Below are positions 55,601 through 64,000 of a stretch of DNA of 64,000 nt, one piece after another. Location of the stretch: the NCBI GenBank assembly GCA_964016885.1, contig OZ024741.1:405356001-405420000 (forward strand), given 5' to 3'. Below the pieces are notes generated by a model. It saw nothing but the letters and a program-made list of their open reading frames with translations. It was not told where the DNA came from and did not search any database. The position numbers were made by a program, and so were the translations under genes. Origin of the DNA: Eledone cirrhosa (taxonomy: Eukaryota). Within the stretch, counting starts at the first letter, position 1. Every line of letters begins with the position of its first letter.

Positions 55601-55638
55601 TCTCCTCTCCTAGTTTCTTCCCTCTCACATCTCACCTA
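43400..55638. repeat. HOR domain II: units of 2544, 2630, 1841 and 2630 bp, with a 4471-bp super-period
   Basis: The marker TATGGAACTC has its GG at 43536, 46080, 48710, 50551 and 53181. Domain-specific variants include CTCTCTTATC, CTTACATCCCACC, CGCATCTTACC, GTAACTATCTT, CTAGGTTCTTCTCTC, TATTTAACTC, CCCGCTCAC and CATAAGTATCT. I did not see these in 1-37 kb. Confidence 0.85.
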
Positions 55639-58600
55639 TGTAACTCTTTTCTCCTAGTTTCTTCCCTCTCACATCTCACATATGTAACTCTCTTCTTCTA
55701 GTTTCTTCCCTCTCACATCTCACCTATGTAACTCTCTTCTCCTAATATCTTCGCTCTCACATCTCACCTATGTAACTCTCTTCTCCTAGTTTCTTCCCTC
55801 TCACATCTCACATATGTAAATCTCTTCTTCTAGTTTCTTCCCTCTCACATCTCACCTATGTAACTCTCCTCTTCTAGTTTCTTTCCTCTCAAATCTCACC
55901 TATGTAACTCTCTTCTCCTAGTTTCTTCCCTCTCACATCTCACATATGTAACTCTCTTCTTCTAGTTTCTGCCCTCCCACATCTCACATACGTAACTCTC
56001 TTCTTCTAGTTTGTTCCCTCTCTCATCTCACCTATGTCACTCTCTTCTCCTAGTTTCTTCCCTCTCACATCTCACCTATGTAATACTCATCTCCTAGTTT
56101 TTTCCCTCCCACATCTCACCTATGTAACTCTCTTCACTTACTTTCTTCCCTCTCACATCTCACCTATGTAACTCTCTTCTCCTAGTTTTTTCCCTCTCAC
56201 ATCTCACCTATGTAACTCTCTTCTTCTAGTTTCTTCCCTCTCGCATCTCACCTATGTAACTCTCTTCTCCTAGTTTCTTCCCTTCCACATGTCACATATG
56301 TAACTCTATGCTCCTAGTTCCTTACCTCTCACATCTCACCTATGTAACTCTCTTCTCCTAGTTCCTCCCCCTCACATCTCACCTATGTAACTCTCTTCTC
56401 CTAGTTTTTCCCCTCACACATCTCACATATGTAAATCTATTCTCATAGTTTCTTCCCTCTCACATCTCACCTATGTAACTCTCTTCTCCTAGTTTCTTCC
56501 ATCCCACATCTCACCTATGTAACTCTCTTCTCCTAGTTTCTTCCCTCTCACATCTCACATATATAACTCTCTTCTTCTAGTTTCTTCCCTCTCACATCTC
56601 ACATATGTAACTCTCATCGTCTAGTTTCTTCCCTCTCAAATCTCACATATGTAACTCTCTTCTCCTAGTTTCTTCCCTCTCACATCTCACATATGTAACT
56701 CTCTTCTTTTAGTTTCTTCCCTCTCACATCTCACCTATGTTACTCTCTTCTCCTAGTTTCTTCCCTCTCACATGTCACGTATGTAACTACGTTCTTCTAG
56801 TTTCTTCCCTCTCACATCTCACATATGTAATTCTCTTCTTATAGTTTCTTCCCTCTCACACCTCACAGATGTAACTCTCTTCTTCTAGTTTCTTCCCTTT
56901 CACATCTCACCTGTGTAACTCTCTTCTCCTAGTTTCTTCCCTCCCACATCTCACATATGTAACTCTCCTCTCCTAGTTTCTTCCCTCTCACATCTCACCT
57001 ATGTAACTCTCTTCTCCTAGTTTCTTTCCTTCTCACATCTCACATAATTAACTCTCTTCTTCTAGTTTCTCCCCTCTCACATCTCACATATGTAACTCTC
57101 TTCTCCTAGTTTCTTCCCTCTCACATCTCACATATGTAACTCTCTTCTTCTAGGTTCTTCCCTCTCACATCTCACATATGTAACTCTCTTCTCCTAGTTT
57201 ATTCCCTCTCACATCTCACCTGTGTAACTCTCTCCCCCTAGTTTCTTCCCTCTCACATCTCACCTATGTAACTCTCTTCTCCTAGTTTCTTCCCTCTCAC
57301 ATCTCACCTATGTAACTCTCTTCTTCTAGTTTCTTCCCTCTCACATCTCACATATGTTACCCTCATCGTCTAGTTTCTTCCCTCTCACATCTAACCTATG
57401 TAACTCTCTTCTCCTAGTTTCTCCCCTCTCACATCTCACATATGTAACTCTCTTCTTCTAGTTTCTTCCCTCTCACATCTCACGTATGTAACTCTCTTCT
57501 TCTACTTTCTTCCCTCTCACATCTCACATATGTAACTCTCTTCTCCTAGTTTGTTCCCTCTGACATCTCACATATGTAACTCTCTTCTCCTAGTTTATTC
57601 CCTCTCACATCTCACCTATGTAACTCTCTCCCCCTAGTTTCTTCCCTCTCACATCTCACATATGTAACTCTCTTCTCCTAGTTTCTTCCCTCTCACATCT
57701 CACCTATGTAACTCTCTTCTTCTAGTTTCTTCCCTCTCACATCTCACATATGTAACTCTCATCGTCTAGTTTCTTCCCTCTCACATCTCACCTATGTAAC
57801 TCTCTTGTCCTAGTTTCTTCCCTCTCACATCTCACATATGTAACTCTCTTCTTGTAGTTTCTTCCCTCTCACATCTCACGTATGTAACTCTCTTCTTCTA
57901 GTTTCTTCCCTCTCACATCTCACATATGTAACTCTCTTCTCCTAGTTTCTTCCCTCTCACATCTCACATATGTAACTCTCTCCTCCTAGTTTCTTCCCTC
58001 CCACATGTCACATATGTAACTCTACTCTCCTAGTTTCTTCCCTCTCACATCTCACCTATGTAACTCTCTTCTCCTAGTTTCTTCCCCCTCACATCTCACA
58101 TATGTAACTCTCTTCTCCTACTTTCCCCCCTCTCACATCTCACATATATAAATCTCTTCTCCTAGTTTCTTCCCTCTCACATCTCACCTATGTAACTCTC
58201 TTCTAGTTTCTTCCATCCCACATCTCACCTATGTAACTCTTTTCTCCTAGTTTCTTCCCTCTCACATCTCACATATGTAACTCTCTTCTTCTAGTTTCTT
58301 TCCTCTCACATCTCACATATGTAACTCTCATCGTCTAGTTTATTCCCTCTCAAATCTCACCTATGTAACTCTCTTCTCCTAGTTTCTTCCCTCTCACATC
58401 TCACATATGTCACTCTCTTCTCCTAGTTTCTTCCCTCTCACATGTCACGTATGTAACTACCTTCTTCTAGTTTCTTCCCTCTCACATCTCACATATGTAA
58501 TTCTCTTCTCCTAGTTTCTTCCCTCTCACACCTCACACATGTAACTCTCTTCTTCTAGTTTCTTCCCTCTCACATCTCACCTGTGTAACTCTCTTCTCCT

Positions 58601-61600
58601 AGTTTCTTCTCTCCCACATCTCACATATGTAACTCTCCTCTCCTAGTTTCTTTCCTCTCACATCTCACCCATGTAACTCTCTTCTCCTAGTTTCTTTCCT
58701 TCTCACATCTGACATAATTAACTCTAGTTTCTTCCCTCTCACATCTCACATATGTAACTCTCTTCTCCTAGTTTCTTCCCTTTCACATCTCACATATGTA
58801 ACTCTCTTCTTCTAGGTTCTTCCCTCTCACATCTCACATGTGTAACTCTCTTCTCCTAGTTTATTCCTTCTCACATCTCACCTGTGTAACTCTCTCCCCC
58901 TAGTTTCTTCCCTCTCACATCTCACCTATGTAACTCTCTTCTCTTAGTTTCTCCCCTCTCACATCTCACATATGTAACTCTCTTCTTCTAGTTTCTTCCC
59001 TCTCACATCTCACGTATGTAACTCTCTTCTTCTAGTTTCTTCCCTCTCACATCTCACATATGTAACTCTCTTCTCCTAGTTTGTTCCCTCTCACATCTCA
59101 CCTATGTAACTCTCTTCTTCTAGGTTCTTCCCTCTCACATCTCACATATGTAACTCTCTTCTCCTAGTTTCTTCCCTCTCACATCTCACCTATGTAACTC
59201 TCTTCTCCTAGTTTCTTTCCTTCTCACATCTCACATAATTAACTCTCTTCTTCTAGTTTCTTCCCTCTCACATCTCACATATGTAACTCTCTTCTCCTAG
59301 TTTCTTCCCTCTCACATCTCACATATGTAACTCTCTTCTTCTAGGTTCTTCACTCTCACATCTCACATATGTAACTCTCTTCTCCTAGTTTATTCCCTCT
59401 CACATCTCACCTGTGTAACTCTCTCCCCCTAGTTTCTTCCCTCTCACATCTCACCTATGTAACTCTCTTCTCCTAGTTTCTTCACTCTCACATCTCACCT
59501 ATGTAACTCTCTTCTTCTAGTTTCTTCCCTCTCACATCTCACATATGTTACACTCATCGTCTAGTTTCTTCCCTCTCACATCTAACCTATGTAACTCTCT
59601 TCTCCTAGTTTCTCCCCTCTCACATCTCACATATGTAACTCTCTTCTTCTAGTTTCTTCCCTCTCACATCTCACGTATGTAACTCTCTTCTTCTAGTTTC
59701 TTCCCTCTCACATCTCACATATGTAACTCTCTTCTCCTAGTTTGTTCCCTCTCACATCTCACATATGTAACTCTCTTCTCCTAGTTTCTTCCCTCTCACA
59801 TCTCACCTATGTAACTCTCTTCTTCTAGTTTCTTCCCTCTCACATCTCACATATGTAACTCTCATCGTCTAGTTTCTTCCCTCTCACATCTCACCTATGT
59901 AACTCCCTTGTCCTAGTTTCTTCCCTCTCACATCTCACATATGTAACTCTCTTCTTGTAGTTTCTTCCCTCTCACATCTCACGTATGTAACTCTCTTCTT
60001 CTAGTTTCTTCCCTCTCACATCTCACATATGTAACTCTCTTCTCCTAGTTTGTTCCCTCTCACATCTCACATATGTAACTCTCTCCTCCTAGTTTCTTCC
60101 CTCCCACATGTCACATATGTAACTCTACTCTCCTAGTTTCTTCCCTCTCACATCTCACCTATGTAACTCTCTTCTCCTAGTTTCTTCCCCCTCACATCTC
60201 ACATATGTAACTCTCTTCTCCTACTTTTCCCCCTCTCACATCTCACATATATAAATCTCTTCTAGTTTCTTCCCTCTCACATCTCACCTATGTAACTCTC
60301 TTCTAGTTTCTTCCATCCCACATCTCACCTATGTAACTCTTTTCTCCTAGTTTCTTCCCTCTCACATCTCACATATGTAACTCTCTTCTTCTAGTTTCTT
60401 TCCTCTCACATCTCACATATGTAACTCTCATCGTCTAGTTTCTTCCCTCTCAAATCTCACCTATGTAACTCTCTTCTCCTAGTTTCTTCCCTCTCTCATC
60501 TCACATATGTCACTCTCTTCTCCTAGTTTCTTCCCTCTCACATGTCACGTATGTAACTACCTTCTTCTAGTTTCTTCCCTCTCACATCTCACATATGTAA
60601 TTCTCTTCTCCTAGTTTCTTCCCTCTCACACCTCACACATGTAACTCTCTTCTTCTAGTTTCTTCCCTCTCACATCTCACCTGTGTAACTCTCTTCTCCT
60701 AGTTTCTTCTCTCCCACATCTCACATATGTAACTCTCCTCTCCTAGTTTCTTTCCTCTCACATCTCACCCATGTAACTCTCTTCTCCTAGTTTCTTTCCT
60801 TCTCACATCTCACATAATTAACTCTAGTTTCTTCCCTTTCACATCTCACATATGTAACTCTCTTCTCCTAGTTTCTTCCCTTTCACATCTCACATATGTA
60901 ACTCTCTTCTTCTAGGTTCTTCACTCTCACATCTCACATGTGTAACTCTCTTCTCCTAGTTTATTCCTTCTCACATCTCACCTGTGTAACTCTCTCCCCC
61001 TAGTTTCTTCCCTCTCACATCTCACCTATGTAACTCTCTTCTCCTAGTTTCTCCCCTCTCACATCTCACATATGTAACTCTCTTCTTCTAGTTTCTTCCC
61101 TCTCACATCTCACGTATGTAACTCTCTTCTTCTAGTTTCTTCCCTCTCACATCTCACATATTTAACTCTCTTCTCCTAGTTTGTTCCCTCTCACATCTCA
61201 CCTATGTAACTCTCTTCTTCTAGGTTCTTCCCTCTCACATCTCACATATGTAACTCTCTTCTCCTAGTTTCTTCCCTCTCACATCTCACCTATGTAACTC
61301 TCTTCTTCTAGTTTCTTCCCTCTTGCATCTCACCTATGTAACTCTCTTCTCCTAGTTTCTTCCATCCCACATCTCACATATGTAACTCTCCTCTCTTAGT
61401 TTCTTCCCTCTCACATCTCACCTATGTAACTCTCCTCTCCTAGTTTCTTCCCCCTCACATCTCACATAAGTAACTCTCTTCTTCTAGTTTCTTCCCTCTC
61501 ACATCTCACATATGTAACTCTTTTCTTCTAGTTTCTTCCCTCTCACATCTCACCTATGTAACTCTCTTCTCCTAGTTTCTTCCCTCCCACATCTCACATA

Positions 61601-64000
61601 TGTAACTCTCCTCCTAGTTTCTTCCCTCTCACATCTCACCTATGGAACTCTCTTCTTCTAGTTTCTGCCCTCTCACATCTCACATATGTAACTCTCTTCT
61701 CCTAGTTTCTTCCCTCTCACATCTCACATATGTAACTCTCTTCTTCTAGGTCCTTCCCTCTCACATCTCACATATGTAACTCTCTTCTCCTAGTTTCTTC
61801 CCTCTCACATCTCACCTATGTAACTCTCTTCTTCTAGTTTCTTCCCTCTTGCATCTCACCTATGTAACTCTCTTCTCCTAGTTTCTTCCATCCCACATCT
61901 CACATATGTAACTCTCCTCTCTTAGTTTCTTCCCTCTCACATCTCACCTATGTAACTCTCTTCTCCTAGTTTCTTCCCCCTCACATCTCACATAAGTAAC
62001 TCTCTTCTTCTAGTTTCTTCACTCTCACATCTCACATATGTAACTCTTTTCTCCTAGTTTCTTCCCTCTCACATCTCACCTATGTAACTCTCTTCTCCTA
62101 GTTTCTCTCACATCTCACCTATGTAACTCTCTTCTCCTAGTTTCTTCCCTCCCACATCTCACATATGTAACTCTCCTCCTAGTTTCTTCCCTCTCACATC
62201 TCAACTATGGAACTCTCTTCTTCTAGTTTCTGCCCTCTCACATCTCACATATGTAACTCTCTTCTCCTAGTTTCTCCCCTCTCACATCTCACATATGTAA
62301 CTCTCTTCTCCTAGTTTCTTCCCTCTCTTATCTCACATATGTAATTCTCTTCTTCTAGTTTTTTTCCCTCTCACATCTCACATATGTAACTCTCTCCTCC
62401 TAGTTCCTTCCCTCTTACATCCCACCTATGTAACTCTCTTCTCCTAGTTTTTTCCCTCTCACATCTCACCTATGTAACTCTCTTCTTCTAGTTTCTCCCC
62501 TCTCGCATCTTACCTATGTAACTCTCTTCTCCTAGTTTCTTCCCTTCCACATGTCACATATGTAACTCTACGCTCCTAGTTTCTTCCCTCTCACATCTCA
62601 CCTATGTAACTCTCTTCTCCTAGTTTCTTCCCTCTCACATCTCACCTATGTTACTCTCTTCTCCTAGTTTCTTCCCTCTCACATGTCACGTATGTAACTA
62701 CGTTCTTCTAGTTTCTTCCCTCTCACATCTCACATATGTAATTCTCTTCTTATAGTTTCTTCCCTCTCACACCTCACACATGTAACTCTCTTCTTCTAGT
62801 TTCTTCCCTTTCACATCTCACCTGTGTAACTCTCTTCTCCTAGTTTCTTCCCTCCCACATCTCACATATGTAACTCTCCTCTCCTAGTTTCTTCCCTCTC
62901 ACATCTCACCTATGTAACTCTCTTCTCCTAGTTTCTTTCCTTCTCACATCTCACATAATTAACTCTCTTCTTCTAGTTTCTTCCCTCTCACATCTCACAT
63001 ATGTAACTCTCTTCTCCTAGTTTCTTCCCTCTCACATCTCACATATGTAACTCTCTTCTTCTAGGTTCTTCCCTCTCACATCTCACATATATAACTCTCT
63101 TCTCCTAGTTTATTCCCTCTCACATCTCACCTGTGTAACTCTCTCCCCCTAGTTTCTTCCCTCTCACATCTCATCTATGTAACTCTCTTCTCCTAGTTTC
63201 TTCCCTCTCACATCTCACCTATGTAACTCTCTTCTTCTAGTTTCTTCCCTCTCACATCTCACATATGTAACCCTCATCGTCTAGTTTCTTCCCTCTCACA
63301 TCTAACCTATGTAACTCTCTTCTCCTAGTTTCTCCCCTCTCACATCTCACATATGTAACTCTCTTCTTCTAGTTTCTTCCCTCTCACATCTCACGTATGT
63401 AACTATCTTCTTCTAGTTTCTTCCCTCTCACATCTCACATATGTAACTCTCTTCTCCTAGTTTGTTCCCTCTCACATCTCACCTATGTAACTCTCTTCTT
63501 CTAGGTTCTTCTCTCTCACATCTCACATATGTAACTCTTTTCTCCTAGTTTCTTCCCTCTTACATCTCACCTATGTAACTCTCTTCTCCTAGTTTTTCCC
63601 CTCTCGCATCTCACCTATGTAACTCTCTTCTCCTAGTTTCTTCCATCCCACATCTCACATATGTAACTCTCCTCTCCTAGTTTCTTCCCTCTCACATCTC
63701 ACCTATTTAACTCTCTTCTCCTAGTTTCTTCCCGCTCACATCTCACATAAGTATCTCTCTTCTTCTAGTTTTTCCCCTCTCACATCTCACCTATGTAACT
63801 CTCTTCTTCTAGTTTCTTCCCTCTCGCATCTCACCTATGTAACTCTCTTCTCCTAGTTTCTTCCCTCCCACATCTCACATATGTAACTCTCCTCCTAGTT
63901 TCTTCCCTCTCACATCTCACCTATGTAACTCTCTTCTTCTAGTTTCTGCCCTCTTATATCTCACATATGTAACTCTCTTCTCCTAGTTTCTTCCCCCTCA
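55639..64000. repeat. ~18.4-kb macro-unit, copy 2 (truncated by the window end)
   Basis: It is collinear with 37233 onward at offsets 18406, 18230, 18406, 18409 and 18673, the steps being whole-monomer indels plus one 3-bp indel. It re-enters domain II-type monomers after ~62.1 kb (GTAACTATC ~63399, TATTTAAC ~63704, CCCGCTC ~63731). Confidence 0.8.

Larger units (their letters stand above)
37233..55638. repeat. ~18.4-kb macro-unit, copy 1 (transitional block followed by HOR domain II)
   Basis: Its first ~6.7 kb recurs from 55639 with private variants: TAACTCTATGCTCC 38071/56301, ATATAACTC 38331/56561, TGTTACACTC 40873/59546, CTAGGTCC ~43073/~61746, and TATGGAAC 42971/61644 and 43536/62209. 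Confidence 0.8.
1..64000. repeat. 44-bp satellite DNA tandem array (about 1,450-1,460 monomers, single orientation, runs off both window ends)
   Basis: TGTAACTC-type monomer starts recur at 1, 45, 89, 133, 177, 221 and onward to the end of the window. Consensus is TGTAACTCTCTTCT(C/T)CTAGTTTCTTCCCTCTCACATCTCAC(A/C)TA. Most monomers differ from it at only a few positions, and length variants of 36-45 bp occur. No non-satellite sequence was seen. Confidence 0.99.

Noticed and set aside
1-64000. CRISPR array
   Set aside because: The repeats abut directly with no unique spacers. Variation is scattered point substitution, and there is no leader or cas gene.
1-64000. Repetitive protein-coding ORF on either strand
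   Set aside because: 44 is not a multiple of 3, so any frame cycles through all three phases. The + strand hits TAA (TGTAAC) or TAG (CTAG), and the - strand hits TGA or TAG, within about three monomers. Each + strand ATG is immediately followed by TAA.
1-64000. Telomeric repeat, G-quadruplex or i-motif array
   Set aside because: There is no short telomere-type unit. The consensus has only one GGG run per 44 bp on the - strand, too sparse for a canonical G4.
1-64000. Arrays of GAGA-factor sites (GAGAG twice per monomer on the - strand) and heat-shock-element-like TTCnnGnnnnTTC
   Set aside because: Such short motifs are expected in CT-rich sequence, the HSE lacks the GAA core, and the organism is unknown, so a regulatory call cannot be supported.
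1-64000. Rule that indels and duplications always involve even monomer numbers (88- or 176-bp nucleosome-like quantum)
   Set aside because: Many events are even (2, 2, 4, 4, 6, 8, 12, 18). However, single-monomer deletions (~34880, ~54280, ~63600), a 3-monomer insertion (~44150) and odd-length HORs (37 and 57 monomers) contradict a strict rule.
1-64000. Embedded transposon, inversion or unique island
   Set aside because: Reading through the window I saw no strand switch (no purine-rich stretch on the + strand) and no non-satellite segment. Very short insertions could have been missed by eye.
1-64000. Assignment to a named satellite family or species
   Set aside because: I do not recognise the monomer with confidence, and monomer length alone is not diagnostic. 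A database search is needed.

Overview
The whole 64-kb window is one uninterrupted, head-to-tail satellite array. The monomer is 44 bp, consensus TGTAACTCTCTTCT(C/T)CTAGTTTCTTCCCTCTCACATCTCAC(A/C)TA, with roughly 1,450-1,460 copies, all in the same orientation. It is about 41% GC and about 77% pyrimidine on the + strand. I find no genes, RNA genes, transposon insertions, CRISPR spacers or unique sequence, and I do not recognise the satellite family or the organism. The architecture is typical of eukaryotic centromeric, pericentromeric or subtelomeric heterochromatin, but that assignment is inference. The information lies in the order of diagnostic variant monomers, which shows a nested hierarchy. 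A possible ~22-bp half-unit underlies the 44-bp monomer. Above it sit old 8- and 12-monomer duplications, then modular higher-order repeats (HORs) of 1.6-2.6 kb. These form super-repeats of about 4.1, 4.5 and 8.7 kb and an ~18.4-kb macro-duplication. Two HOR families occupy different domains (about 1-37.2 kb versus about 43.4-55.6 kb plus 62.1-64 kb). All periods were measured by hand from marker positions and need confirmation by a self dot-plot.
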